A stretch of 63,035 bases of DNA, filler included, from Reticulomyxa filosa (GCA_000512085.1; 15 parts of 15 records of this genome joined end to end with filler, not necessarily neighbours in it), one strand, 5' to 3'. Counted from the whole stretch's first letter, positions 37,332 to 50,790 are shown. Made by a program: numbers and translations. The notes: generated by a model from the letters alone, not told the origin.

Positions 37332-39589
37332 TAATTGTATTGCAATATTGAGCGAATACAGCAAATATATACATATATTGGATGGACAGATGAAAAAATT
37401 AAACTTTATCTACCACATAAAAATAAAATTGTATATAGTTGATTGAAAAAGAAATAAAAGAAAAAAGTGATTTTAAAGTAGTAAAATCAATTATATTCAA
37501 AATGCAAGAAATACAATCAAGATATCAAAGAAAATGAATTTCAAGTATGTGTGATATTGGACGAAAGAGAAAAATTAATATAGATGAAGCAATTGATATT
37601 TGAAGAACTTATTCGTCAGATCTATTCTTGTTTAGAATGGAAAGACTTGTAAAAGATGAAAAATACAAATTTAAAGTCACAATAATATTTATTGAATAAT
37701 TTGTTATTTGTTTTGATTGTAGTAATTTTTAAAATATATTTTGAAAATAAAAAAATTGGTAAATTTATTAATTATAAAATAAAAACTAAAATCCAAACAA
37801 TATTTAAAGGTTGCATGTTTACAGATATTATAACTGTGCCTCTTATTCATTTACTTTATTTCACAATAATTTTATCAAAATAATCGATCCAAACTTTATT
37901 TCTGAAGCTCGAGTCGAATTTTGAATAATATACTTTATTTCATTTTTGGACTGTTTGTTATTATTATTAATTATTTGTCAATTAGTTGTATATTTGTAGT
38001 TTATCAAAACAAATAAATAAACAAATTATTACCAAAACACGCACTTTTCTTCATATGAGTTAATAATATTGTCCATTTCATCTTTTCCTCCAATAATGTG
38101 TATATAATTGTCTTCACTTAATATCGCAATAAAATTAAATAATGGACTGTTATCTTTGGATGTGATGATCATAGAGAAAAAGCGTTATATATATTTCAAG
38201 TAATCAATGAAAACATGCTATGTCTGCGGATAAAAAATATTATTTGCAAAAATTGAATTTAACTGGAATAAATTTATTAGGAAGATTGCAGATTACATTG
38301 TTCTCATGCGATATTATGAGAAGTTAGAATTTGTCCCATGCAAACAAAAATTAAAAACACAAAATAATTGACTCTGAAAAAAGTTTTCACAAGTTTTTTT
38401 TTACTCTAGACAAATAATCTGAAGCATGGCATAAAATGCTTTTCCAAAGTGTTTTTTTTATAAAATGCTGCTTGGACAGAATTACAAGTTGCATGAATTT
38501 ACACAAAAAGTTTTAGAACAAAAAATTATGGAAATACTGTTAAAAATTACAATCATTGTATGATGTAAAGAAACGAAAAGGATGGACGGGTGGACTTTGT
38601 TTAAATGTTCGTTTTACAATTTTGTTTAAAATATCATAAATTCTGTTTTTTTATCTCACTAAAAAAAGAACTTGCTTGCAAGTCTTGACACAAGGATTTG
38701 TACTGACAAAAATTAAATGATACAATTTAAAGCAGAAATGAGAAGAGTTACACGAAGCATAAATTATTTGAAGATTCTTGGTAACTGATTTTTACCTGTA
38801 ATTTTTAGGAAATAAATTAACTCAAAAAGAAAGGTACATATCATTTAAACATAAACTTGAAATTTTATTTGCAAGATCAAATATATATTCTCCCAATGAT
38901 GAGAAAACACACACAAGGGAATATGCGTGGAATGCAAAAGCAGAGAGTGAAGATGAGAATACACAAATGATGTACTGACATCAGTACAATATGATCAATA
39001 TATTTCAACAGATATGCAAATAAGTACAATGTGGAATCATTCTATTGATTTAAATCTTATTTATATTGCACTTGATCATTGTAAAAAAAATGTAATAGAA
39101 CAAGTGAATTATTAGAAGAATTTGAAAATAACAAGAACAAAAATACAAAGAACAAAAAAAAAAGTTTTTAGAAAGACGTTGTTGTAGTCACAATATCAAT
39201 TTATTTTGTATATTCCTTACTGAAAAAGACAAAAACCAAACGATGTTTGAACATGCCACATTGAATATTGTAAGCAATGGTTTACCATTTGTTGAAAAGG
39301 ATAGAAAAAAATGGATAAAAACGAGTCAAATTTGGGACATTTTTTCTGCTTAATTCCTACAAAAAGAGGACGAATGAAATCCTTATTTTTGGGCATTTTA
39401 AATGCGCAGCTGGTCTTTTGTTTGAAACAATAAACCAAAAATACCTTCTAAAAATTAATGATTTTTTATGTGAAAATCAACACTTTTTGAAATGTTTTTC
39501 TTAATTGATGTCGATAGTTTAAAACACACTTTTGTTAATGTCTTTTCACTTAAAAAAAGTGATAAATAAAAAACTTCATTCATATATGT

Positions 39590-39900
39590 TCATCCCCAAA
39601 CATGAATAAATCATCAGTTGAACAATAACATAAATTAACACAGCTATCACTATTTGATCCTTGTTGTTATTATTTACTTTCTTTTCAATTCCGTACATTT
39701 AAGACATGTTCCTCCTTCATCTACTTTCATCACATAGATTCACTCTTATTTGGTCGAATACCCCAAAAACGAATTGTTTTGTCCAATGATCCAACATATT
39801 ACGTTTGAATTTTCATTCTCTATTACAAATGGTGAATATTCAACAGATCGTATTCATTGTATGTTCTTTGAGCACTTTCATCATTTGATCCAAACAATGT
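39590..39900 (-). pseudogene. WD40 family relic
   Basis: TIRSVEYSPFVIENENSNVIC matches SSVEYSPFVIND of the 26739 gene; interrupted by stops. Confidence 0.6.
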
Positions 39901-40190
39901 TGATTTACTAATTATTGATTCATATTTTGTATTTCAAAAATTGTTTTAATTTTTCAAATTTTTAAGCAATTTTTATGACATAACATACACTCTCATTCAT
40001 AGCGAACAACTCTCATTTTTGTTTAAAATGTTAACGCTTTGTTCTGTTGATTTCAATGACATTCAATTAGTCAAAACAAAACATCAAATATGCATTAAAA
40101 TTATTCAATTTATATTTCAAAACACTTAGTTTAAAAAAATCATTGTTTCAATTGCAAAATTTACAATAATTTCGTCTTACTTCCTTATTT

Positions 40191-42012
40191 TCAGATCGTA
40201 TTAAATGGCTTTGGATCGATGTCTTTGGTATCATGTGCTGATAATTGAATACCGTGAATTGCAATTCTTCCGTCTCCACCTTTATTGTCAAACTCTTGAT
40301 TTCCTCCAAAACATATAATAGTGCCAAAAGTTTGTTCCAATGTATTTTGATAAGATTGAGATTGAGATTTCATTTTAATCAATATTGATCCTCCACTTCC
40401 ACCACCACCTTTAACATCAACACCATCTCCTCCATTAGAATGAATCTCTCCATGATTGATCAATTGTTGTCCAATTATTAGTTCAATTATTCCACCACCA
40501 CTTCCTCCAACTCCATTTCCACTTCCACCACTTCCAAAATGAATTTGTTTCAACAAAGTTTCTTCTCCATACATTCCTCCACCTTTTCTTTTACTTCTTC
40601 CCCTCGTTCCATATCCACCACCTCCACCGCTATTACCCCATTGATCGGTTTTACCCTTTCCAGGGCCTTGATTCTGTGGATATCCCAATTCTGAGCAGTC
40701 AATTTCGGAGGAAGAATGTTTAATCCACAAATGACTTGTTTTGATTTTTAGATGTCCAAAATTTTCACAATCAACAGTTAAAGTAATATTTTCTCCAAGT
40801 AAAAATATTCCAAAATTATAATTATTCCATTCACAATTTTTTAAATATATTGTTTGTTCATTTTCAGTCACTAATAAAAAATCAACTCCATTTCTCAAAT
40901 TCGAATTTTGAATAAATGACAACATATTCTTCCATTTATTGTTAAACTTGGTGATGTCTTCTTCTTGTCTTTTTTTTTCGCTATCATAATCTTTATTTTC
41001 ATCTTGATAATCATAATCTTCTTCATATTTATTTTCATCTTGATAATCATAATCTTCTTCTTCGATAGTTTCCTCTTCTTCTTCGATACTTTCCTCTTCT
41101 TCTTGGATATCTTCTTCTTCTTCGATATTTTCCTCTTCTTCTTGGATATCTTCTTCTTCCTCTTTAGTATCTTCTTCAATTTCTTCTTCTTCTTCAATAT
41201 CTTCTTCTTCAATATCTTTCTCTTCAACATTTTCTTTTTCAATTTCTTCGTTTTCAATTTGTGTTAGGATATTCGCACTTTGGCCGTCTAACTTTGTTTC
41301 AATAACTTGTTTGTATGTTTTAAATTCATTAACATAATTGTCAAATTTTGTTTCAAATTCAATATTTCTTATTTTTAATTGTTGAATGTCATTTGTTAAT
41401 GCAGTTATTGTTTGATCTTTTCCCTGTAGTTTATGTTTTAAATTGTCAATTCGTCTATTATTGATTTTCACAAGTTCTTCCAATTTAGTAACATCGACTC
41501 CAAATGTAATTTTCCATTGTTCAATTTGCCCATTTTGTTGTTGTTTTAAATCAACAATCTCTGTTTTCAACTGTTGAATATCTTTTGTTAGTGCAAATAT
41601 TTGTTCATCTTTCTTTGATGATTCAACTTTTAAGTGTTTCAATTGCTCCTTTTTTTTTTATTTATTTGTTAATCTTTATTTATTTAAGCAAGAAAACATA
41701 ACAATAAATATGACAAAACTGTTTGTACTTTTTCAGATTGTAATTGCAATTGTAAATCTTTAATCACATTTTGCAATTCTCTAATTTGTCCAGTCATCAC
41801 ATTCAATTGATCTGTAATTTCATATGGAATATTTTGTTTGATTGTGATTAAATTGCATGATTTATCCAAATGATCTTTCAAATCTTTCATTTTTCCTTTG
41901 AAATTGCAATTGCAATTATTTTTTGAATTTAAATTTAAATTTGGATTTGATTCATTCCAGAGTTCTCCTTCTTCTCCTCCTGATTTTATTCCTTCATTTG
42001 ATTGTCCTTTTT
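40191..42012 (-). CDS. coiled-coil, acidic-repeat protein with C-terminal Gly-rich domain (5'-truncated; possible TRAF-type zinc-finger remnant upstream)
   Basis: CNFKGKMKDLKDHLDKSC exon and an intron, then a 483-codon ORF with heptads, EEEDIQEEEE and DYDYQDENK repeats, and GGGGGYGT, GSGGSG, GGSGGGIIEL, GGGSGGSILI motifs. Confidence 0.85.
40985..41230. repeat. coding tandem repeats (EEDYDYQDENK and EEEEDIQEEEE units)
   Basis: Directly visible duplicated units inside ORF 40191..41642. Confidence 0.8.
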
Positions 42013-42112
42013 NNNNNNNNNNNNNNNNNNNNNNNNNNNNNNNNNNNNNNNNNNNNTTAATTAATTAANNNNNNNNNNNNNNNNNNNNNNNNNNNNNNNN
42101 NNNNNNNNNNNN
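42013..42112. other. artificial contig-joining spacer
   Basis: N44-TTAATTAATTAA-N44. Confidence 0.98.
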
Positions 42113-42250
42113 GATGTACTTGAGAGTGGAGAAGAAATAATCTCAAAAAAAAAAAAGAAAAACTCATGAGTTGAAAAAGGGATCGCATTTTGTTCATTGC
42201 TTTTATGATTAAAAATGCTTATGGGTTGTGTTGTGAAAAAAGAAAAAAAG

Positions 42251-42702
42251 AATTCGTACTCGAATGCGCGAAGTTATTCGCAACCACGTGTCGTCTGAAG
42301 ATTTGAAAGGAGTGATTCGAAAACTTTCACAATCTTCCATTGGACGTGAAATCAAAAAATCCTGCCAATTGATATTCCCATTGAAAACTTGTTTGGTTGA
42401 AAAAGTTGAGTGCAATTGATTTTTGTGTATTTGTGAGCAAACGAAGAAAAAAAAGACAACTTTCGCCTTTATATTGGCGAACTCTCTTCAAAATAAAATA
42501 TGAAAAAAATCAACAGGTCAAAGTCATGCGTGGTCCAAAACGTGATGTGGCTCGTCTATTGAAAATCCACGAGTTGTCTGCTGCTTTTGATCCTCTTTCA
42601 GAAAGTGATTTGCTAGGACCTGAGACAGCTGTCGCTGCAGAGGAACCAAAAGAAGAAGCTGCAAAAGATGCGGACGGAGATCTGGCAGTTGCAGAAGCAT
42701 AA
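42251..42702 (+). CDS. RPS3A: 40S ribosomal protein S3a (eS1), last two exons
   Basis: Exons 42251-42404 and 42517-42702: IRTRMREVI...DLKGVIRKLSQSSIGREIKKSCQLIFPL..VEK|VKVMRGPKRDVARLLKIH. Confidence 0.9.
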
Positions 42703-43279
42703 AAATCGAAAACAAAAATGTCTTGGTGTTGATACTGCACAAAATTTCTTAATCAATTTTTGTATTATTTTTAAAAGGCATTGACGGAGTTGTTTGTATC
42801 ACAACAATGACTGCACGTATTAATGTACCTTTTTGTTTACACATGTGAAACAGCCGTTAAACGGTTTATCAAAATCTACTTGTGCTTTAGTCGTAACTTA
42901 GCCTTTTCCATTTTACTGAATTATCTCAAGTATCCTTCTATAACATACGGTTTTGTTTGAAGATGAAAGAAATTCACAACTAATTGCAAATCATATATGT
43001 TTTTCCCTTTAAAATAAAAATTCAAACATTTTAAAATAGGTATTACTATTTTCGTGACCTTGACAACATTGCAACAGCAAATCAAATCAACACATATTTT
43101 TTACTTAAAAAAAATAAATTGAAAAAGTTTCAGTCATGTACTTATTTTGCACAATCGTGAATGCAATGCCAACATTTTAATAACAATATAAAAACAATTT
43201 CAGAAATATAATGTTAGCATTATTTAAAATTTTGTCGTCATCACAGAGCCAAAAATAAAATATTTTTCTTAAAAGCGCT

Positions 43280-43680
43280 TTAAGGTAGAGCCGAGTTGTT
43301 AGTGAGATTATTGGAAGTTCCATGTCTTTGTTTGGCTAAATATTGTTTGTACTGGTCCTCTAAGACATCGACACGAGATCGAAATTTGTCTGAACCGCGA
43401 GTGTGATCGTTTTCCACTTGCTTTTGTTTCAGCTTCAGATGCGCTTTCTCTTCGCATAGCTCTCTCAACTCGCTCTGCTGCAGTCGTTCGTTCAGTGCCG
43501 AATGACATTGGATTCGCACTGTTATTTCATTCACAATAACAACAAGAAATAAAGAAATAAAGAAGTTTGAAAAAAGGTATCAAGTTGTTGTAAAAAGATA
43601 GTTTCCTGTTCTCTTGAATTTTGTGATGCAAATGATTCACTGTTTTTGCAATTGCTTCCAGACTTCCTTATTTATGTTTC
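43280..43680 (-). pseudogene. coiled-coil gene fragment
   Basis: Heptad-like ORF 43280..43534 with a stop-interrupted upstream coding-like segment. Confidence 0.3.
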
Positions 43681-44220
43681 TTTTATAACGAACGTTTTTT
43701 ATATAAAGTCTGCAATTGTTCTAAAAAAAAAAAAATTTGCGCATATTTTAGTTTGCTATTCCATTCTTGTTAGATTAATTTTTTTTTCTTCTTTGAAATT
43801 CAAACAATTTTGAGCTGCTTCTTCTTTTATGACCAACTGTTAAAAAAAATCTTAACTATTTTGGATGGTTTATATTCAATGGAAATTATTAACTCCAAAT
43901 GATCAAATTTAAAAAGAAGAATAAGAAGGAATATCCTAAAATGGTGTTATTGTTTGATATCTTCATGCCTAATGCTAAAATTACAAAAAAGATCAGTTCG
44001 ATTTTTGGTTATTTGATGCATTTTTTTGGGATTTTAACGAATTGATTACATTGTTTGTGTTGATATCCATTAAATAAAATTACCCACCTCAACTAAAACA
44101 AAAACGACCCTGTTAAGAGCCTTCACATAACAAACATTCACGTAATTCTTTATTGTGCAATCGAAATTTGATCTTTTTTTTTTTCTGAAAACCGAAACCA
44201 AAAGACGTTTGTGTTTTTTG

Positions 44221-45403
44221 TTAGTGGCTGGCATCACTGTTGTCACCTATTATGTCTCCAAATAGATCATCCTCGCCTTCATTGGTATTTATAATATTTT
44301 TTGTTAATCGTCTTTTTTTTGGTTTCGGGTCTTCAACAAATTCGTCGTTTTCTTTATCTGACAAAACATCTGCGTGCTTCATTTCTGATCTGTTTCGTTT
44401 CTTAATTTTTTTGTCTTTTTCATTGTCTTTGTTCGATTTTGTTTTGTGTTTTTCGGGTTTTTTCTTTTTTTTAGTGCTTGTTTCCTGTGGACTTTTTTTG
44501 GAATCTCTCTTTTTTTTTTTTTTTGTGTGTGTTCCGTTTTGGAGTTTCAGTAGACTGAGGCGTTTGCATTTCATGTAAAGTCGTTTGATTTTGAACAGAG
44601 TCGCTCAGAGGCAAAGCCGACGCAATATTGGCATTTTGATTCTCTTCTGCGGTGTAGTCGATATTTTGTGTGGGTTTAAAAGTTGGTTCTAAGTCGTTTG
44701 TGTCTTTGGTCCCGGCCCAAGTTGGACGTTCCTCAATATCCTTGTAATTTGAGAGAGTGTAAACAATCAAGACCATAGACAAAATTGTTAATAAAAGACC
44801 TTTAAAAAAGGATGTGATACAATTTAACTTTACTATTCTCCTCTCCATCGTATTTACTCACAGTTGCATCATCGTGATCTGAAGCATCTCGTAATGATTG
44901 TATTTGTTTGTCGTGGTCTGCATTGTCAGTGACATCTTTTTCAAAAATGGAGTGGTCGTTTGTTTCCAATGGTTCATCGTCGTGCTGTTTGTGTTTGTGT
45001 TTACGTTTTTTTTTTTTCTTGGATTCATACTTTTCAGTTAGCAAAGCAATATCATTGGAAGTCTGGTTATCCTTTTCCGCACCGACCATTTCCTCAAGAT
45101 TTGCGTTCTGGGGTAAGTGTAGCGCTTCTTCTATGAATTGAGAAATGCGTTGCAAGCAATAGCTGTCACTAGTGTAATGATGTGGCAAGCAACAACAAGA
45201 CAAATAAGAAACATTGAAGAGACGTGTGAACACAATACAATAACTAGTGTTGCGGAATGGTCCAAGCGGGAGTGGTTACGGAGGGATCAGAGGCTTCAAA
45301 GCCAATTTGTCGCATTAGAGTCTGAACATAAACGTCTTTGAAATATTCATGTTCGTAGTCGTGAAGAGGTTGAATTGTTTGACGTGGAGTGGTGGTGGTG
45401 GTG
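44221..45403 (-). CDS. possible Timeless/Tof1-like C-terminal region with Lys-rich tail (5'-truncated)
   Basis: IQPLHDYEHEYFKDVYVQTLMRQIGFE...AWTIPQHY|DSYCLQRISQFIEEAL resembles the Tof1/Swi1/Timeless LM..GF...W.IP motif; later exons are low complexity with NLS-like PKKRR. Confidence 0.45.
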
Positions 45404-45503
45404 NNNNNNNNNNNNNNNNNNNNNNNNNNNNNNNNNNNNNNNNNNNNTTAATTAATTAANNNNNNNNNNNNNNNNNNNNNNNNNNNNNNNNNNNNNNNNN
45501 NNN
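45404..45503. other. artificial contig-joining spacer
   Basis: N44-TTAATTAATTAA-N44. Confidence 0.98.
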
Positions 45504-46247
45504 TCGGCCATGCTTACGTCAGAAACAACATTTTCATTAATGCCACTATTTGACATTATTTCTTTTATTTTTGCGAACTTGCGGGAGAGCGGTAGAGACA
45601 AAGTTTTACGTTAGGCCTTCGTCGGTGACGACTTTACAACTAGGCACAGGTTTTTTTCCAATTAAAAAACAAAACAAAGTAATTAGACGGATTTTATAGT
45701 TCGTTCATAGAAAAACATACTAATAAAAAGAAAGAAACAAACAAATAAGTAGAAAAAAACAAATAAACAGATAAAAAGAAATAAATTATTTTCACTTTCT
45801 ATTCCTTATGTTAGTAATTAAGGCTGGGTCAGTCCAAAACTTTTCCAAAGCCTTTTATTGTTTCTCATACGGAAGAGAAGGTTTCTTTATGCCTACCGTT
45901 TAATCAGTTGGTTTGAAGGCAAGGGTAAAGGTCCTTTTATCAATAAACTTTAATAAAAGAACAATAAAAAAGTAAGTTTAAGTTTTAAGTTTTAGTTTGA
46001 AGTTCAAAAGGGTCAATGTTTCCCTTTTATGGTTCCCAATTTATTTTATGTTCTGCAATAATGGAAATGATATTTTGTCGAATGTCTTCTTCTTTTTTGT
46101 TTTTATTACCTTTTTTGATATTATTTAGGATATTTTTAATTATTTGTGATACATTAATATTTTTCCTAAAAGATATTTGCGTATCAACAAGTGGATTCCA
46201 TTTTTTTATTGTATTTGTAGGACGTCAGCTGGAAGAGGTGTACTAAA

Positions 46248-46439
46248 TGTAATACGAAAATGGTTTTGCTCAAGAAACCAATGTTCGATAAAACAAAAGT
46301 AAATTAAATAAAAGAAAGATGAATAACGCAACCAAAGAAGAAAAGTAAAAGAGTAAGTGAAGTTGGTTGAGGAGTTTTAGCCCACTGGGGACTCCCAGGT
46401 TCCTTCAACGTTCAGATATTTATAGGGCCTTGCCCTACA
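46248..46439 (-). mobile_element. 192-bp LTR-like element (TGTA...TACA)
   Basis: Canonical TGTA/TACA termini, CTATAAATA box near the 5' end, and three homologous partial copies in contig 4446..9570. Confidence 0.65.
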
Positions 46440-47052
46440 ATTTTATATTACAAGACTATATTTAATGATTAATTACCATTTATTGTAAAAAAAAAAAAAG
46501 AAAAATGATTTCTTTTCATTTTCATAATAATTATTATTGCATTATATATGTTTTAATACAATAATAACAACAACAATATTTCAATCTTTTGAAAAAAAAA
46601 ACAATAATATCACAAATATTGAAAAATTGAAATCAAAATTTTTGTTGATACAAATGAAAAAAAATTAAAAGAAATTTGTGCAACTTTCAACTTGAATGAG
46701 TTAAATGTAACTTTAATTTAAAATTACAGGATTCAAAATTACAAAAACAAAACAAAACAGGATTCAAAATATAAAAAAAAATTATACGTAATGGATAAAT
46801 AAAAAAACATTAGTACTAGCACAGGTAAAAGTAAAAATAATTGCAAATGTATGTATAAGTAAATGTATAAAATTGTTTTATGATTTTATATCTATGTGAA
46901 AAAATGGGCAAATATGTAAATAAAAAAAATCATAATGAGTAAATATGATAAATAAAGGATTGTAGATGGAATAATATAAATATTATTTACACTACTATTT
47001 TATATATTTGTTGCTAAAAAAAATTAAGAAAAATAAAAATAAAAAATTATTT

Positions 47053-47102
47053 TACAGTAGAATGCAAAGTAAAGTTGACACCTAAAATGGCACCTTATAG
47101 AG
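47053..47102 (+). mobile_element. pogo/Tc1-like TIR with TA flank
   Basis: TA+CAGTAGAATG...; exact reverse complement of 4446..4495. Confidence 0.65.
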
Positions 47103-47237
47103 ATGATTGATTTTCTTCACGAAAAAACAACATTCAGACCTAATTTTTTTTTTAATTTAAAAAAAATATCTACAAATCGTGTAATTTTTAAACATCATTT
47201 TTAATTTAGTTTTTTATTAAATCTTTCATAATTATTT

Positions 47238-47337
47238 NNNNNNNNNNNNNNNNNNNNNNNNNNNNNNNNNNNNNNNNNNNNTTAATTAATTAANNNNNNN
47301 NNNNNNNNNNNNNNNNNNNNNNNNNNNNNNNNNNNNN
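47238..47337. other. artificial contig-joining spacer
   Basis: N44-TTAATTAATTAA-N44. Confidence 0.98.
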
Positions 47338-48836
47338 AAAACAAGCCCCATAACAACAATAAACAAATATCATTGAAATCACAAAAATTTACATTTAAAT
47401 AAAAACAATTATAATATATGTTAAAAATTAGTTCTACTATTAATATCAAGGTTTTGTTTGTCCTTTTTCTCTACAAAATTACTTTTCATCCTTCTTTCTT
47501 TTCTTATTTAATTAATTTATTTCTCTTTTACTGATAAGTCATTCATAGATCACTATTTTTTTATTACACTTTTGTGCAAGTCAAAGTAACAGTTGATATG
47601 TCAATAACAAGATATATAGTTATTTGAGAAATTACAAATATATAGATATATCACAAATTATAGTAAATCATCTAAAATTTATCAAAATAATAATTTACTT
47701 ATATTCGAAGTCACACAAGTATATACAATACATTTGTATAAATATATTATGCTACAATGATTTTATTATATTTATTTGTTTTTCAATATTTTTTTTAATT
47801 GAATTGATTTTGGTATAACATATTTTTTAAACTTTTCTTGAAAGAAATTATGAAGCAGTTTAATAATATTCACAATTAGAAGTGAAATAAATATATAATA
47901 ACATAAATATAATATTTTCAAAAAATATTTGCAGAAAGTGATTAGAGAGAGTACAAACAATCATTGTGTATGAATTAAAAATGTTAAGTATATTTGCAAC
48001 ATAGAATTCATTAAATTATTTGAACAATTTGCATTAACTTGCAATGTAGATTTTATCAGTATTTTTACTATTGATATTCTATTAAATAATTAAATATCTT
48101 ATGCTCTGAATGAAATCACAGAATTATCTCCTTAATTATCTTTATAAGACACGAAATAAAATTATTAATAAAGTCAAAGAAACAAACATATAGCAATGAA
48201 AAATTAGTTTTAAATTAATTTAAAATCAAATTAAGTTTATTCGTTGATCAGATATTGCATTAGACAGTAGAACTTAATATATTATTTTTTAATGTAAATA
48301 AAACAGTAGATGATTAAGATTTTATTTATGTATTGAATCTACTGTTCAATATATTATCTTTTAATATACATCTTGCATGCATGACTAATATAAATCATTA
48401 TATTACCTTTACCAAAAATTAATCTTTTATTCTTAGTCACTGCAATGAAACCATTTTTTAAAAAAAAAAAGAAAAAAATTTATTTTTCATGCGTTTTGGA
48501 TAATACGAAAGATTATTATTATATTAGCAAGTCTTTTTGCAGAAATACTAAATACTAAATTAAAGAAAAATTAATAGTTAAAAAAAAATAGAAATTATGT
48601 AGATTGTACTACATATGTTTGTTGCAATAATATTTAAGCGTGTAGAGACAACACTAAACATAATACAAATAATAAAGAAATGTGCTAACATAAATGTAGT
48701 ACTCATGATATATCGTAATAAGCAATTCTCGTACTCCAAACAATTTCACGACTTATCTTTATTCTTTCACTTGTTGAATCTTGTTGTTTATTTTCGCTTT
48801 GTTTTAAATTGCTCAAAAGAGCAGAAAAATTTTCGT

Positions 48837-48936
48837 NNNNNNNNNNNNNNNNNNNNNNNNNNNNNNNNNNNNNNNNNNNNTTAATTAATTAANNNNNNNN
48901 NNNNNNNNNNNNNNNNNNNNNNNNNNNNNNNNNNNN
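48837..48936. other. artificial contig-joining spacer
   Basis: N44-TTAATTAATTAA-N44. Confidence 0.98.
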
Positions 48937-49896
48937 CATTGAGAAAATCAATTATCATCATAAGATATGTTTTATGCGTTAAATTTTTGAGGTTGCAACT
49001 ACAGTAGGTTGCAAAGAAAACTGATCAACTTTTCCAATATTTGAAATTGCTGAAATAAATCGTCTCAAATACAATCGACTGCAAAAAACTCCTAAAATGA
49101 ACACATACAAACATTTGTAAGTTTAATCAATATTTTTTCAAAAAATTGAAAAAAAATATTCACGATTTTTCACACTTTTATTAAAAATCAAATACTTTTT
49201 TAGATTATCTAGGATGAGTAAACATACTTAAAAAAGAATTTTAAAAAATATTTATTTTCGTGAATAAATTACAAATGTTTATGGAGGTTCATTTTGAAGG
49301 GACCTTTTCCTTTGCTTGGATTGTATCATATATTTTCCGTGTATTGATTTTTTTTTTTTTTGGAGCAAAAGGAAGTGCAGATTATATCACATGATTAGAT
49401 TGCCAGATTTGTGCTGGCATACCTATTAAATGGCTTAATGATGACCATAAAGAAGTAATAAACAAAAACGATATTACCTTACAACAGTTTATGTGCCTTG
49501 CGTTTACCCGACGTGCCGGAAATCACTGCAAAGAGGAGAGAAAAGGTGTTTTATATTTATTCTGTCAAAGCTGGGCTTTATGGAGGAATGAACGCTGTTG
49601 GAAAAAAAGACCAGTCAATGTATTCGGTAAGCGTACTTTTGTATTCATTCACAAAACAACAAAAACTGTGCTTTTGAGCAATTGGAAAAAAAAGAAATTT
49701 AGCTATTATATAGCTTGACAAAGAGACAAGCCTTATATTAAAGAATTATACTCTGCATTGTATTTCGTTTATGATGGATTGAACAATTCAATAAACTGGC
49801 TGCACAATACGTTGAGTAGTATTGTTTCTCATTTGATCTAAATGTCTAAATTTTTTGACCTGCCACATTTTTAACATAAAAAAAATTAAAGTGTTT

Positions 49897-50790
49897 ATGT
49901 CTTCTTTAAATGAGGAAATAAAGCTGAGATTTTCACCGAATGGCCGTATGGCTTTATTGTGCTTCAGAGATGGAAAGATGGAGTTATGGGACAAAGAATT
50001 ACGAAATAAAATTGGATCAATGCAGGGACATTCCAGTGCAATTGGAAATGCAGAATTTTCATTTGATTGTAGATTTGTTGTATCATGTTCACATGACAAA
50101 ACAATTCGAATATGTAATGTGATATCAGTAAAAGAAGTGAAAAAATTGGGAGGGAATTGTGATGGCGTGAGAACAATACAGTTTTCATCTGATGACAAAA
50201 CAATTGTGTCTTGTTCAACTGATGAAACAATTTGATTATTAGATGTGCAATCAGGAAATGAAATACACACGCTAGAAAAGAATGAAGATCATGAATTTAG
50301 CGTTTACCTGATGTTAAATCATTGCATCATATAGTGTTGATGAAGTATCATTATTTCTGTCTTTGGAATTACTTTTGGCTTCACACGCACACTACGAAAA
50401 AATATGAAAACATTAGTTGGACATAAAAAATTAGTGCTTGATGTACAGTTTACTTCAGATGAGCTCAGTATTATTTCTTGCGCAAATGATGCAACCATTC
50501 GATTATAGGATGTGCAATCAGGAAAAGAACTTCGGCGCTCTGAAGGCGATTTCTGCGATGCAGAAATTGTAAAATTGTCAATGGATGACCTCAGAATTAT
50601 CACGTGCACGAAAAACCGCAAAATTCAAATATGGGACACAAACACAATGACAGTTGTACAAAAGACGAAAGCAAATTCAAATGGTAAGTCATATTGCTAT
50701 CTCGCCAGATGGAAATATAATTACATTACGCAAACGTGATGGGACTTCAATTACGAGGATGATGTACATCACCTGTGATCCAAATAACTG
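49897..50790 (+). pseudogene. WD40-repeat pseudogene
   Basis: FSPNG, GHSS, VSCSHDKTIRI repeats with in-frame stops at conserved positions (TGA 50233-50235 for R; TAG 50506-50508 for the W of WD). Confidence 0.8.

Noticed and set aside
40895-41267. Lys-rich and Phe-rich overlapping ORFs
   Set aside because: Alternative frames of the Glu-rich tandem repeat
47338-48836. Organellar or viral origin of the very AT-rich contig
   Set aside because: No recognisable gene or RNA; indistinguishable from decayed intergenic DNA
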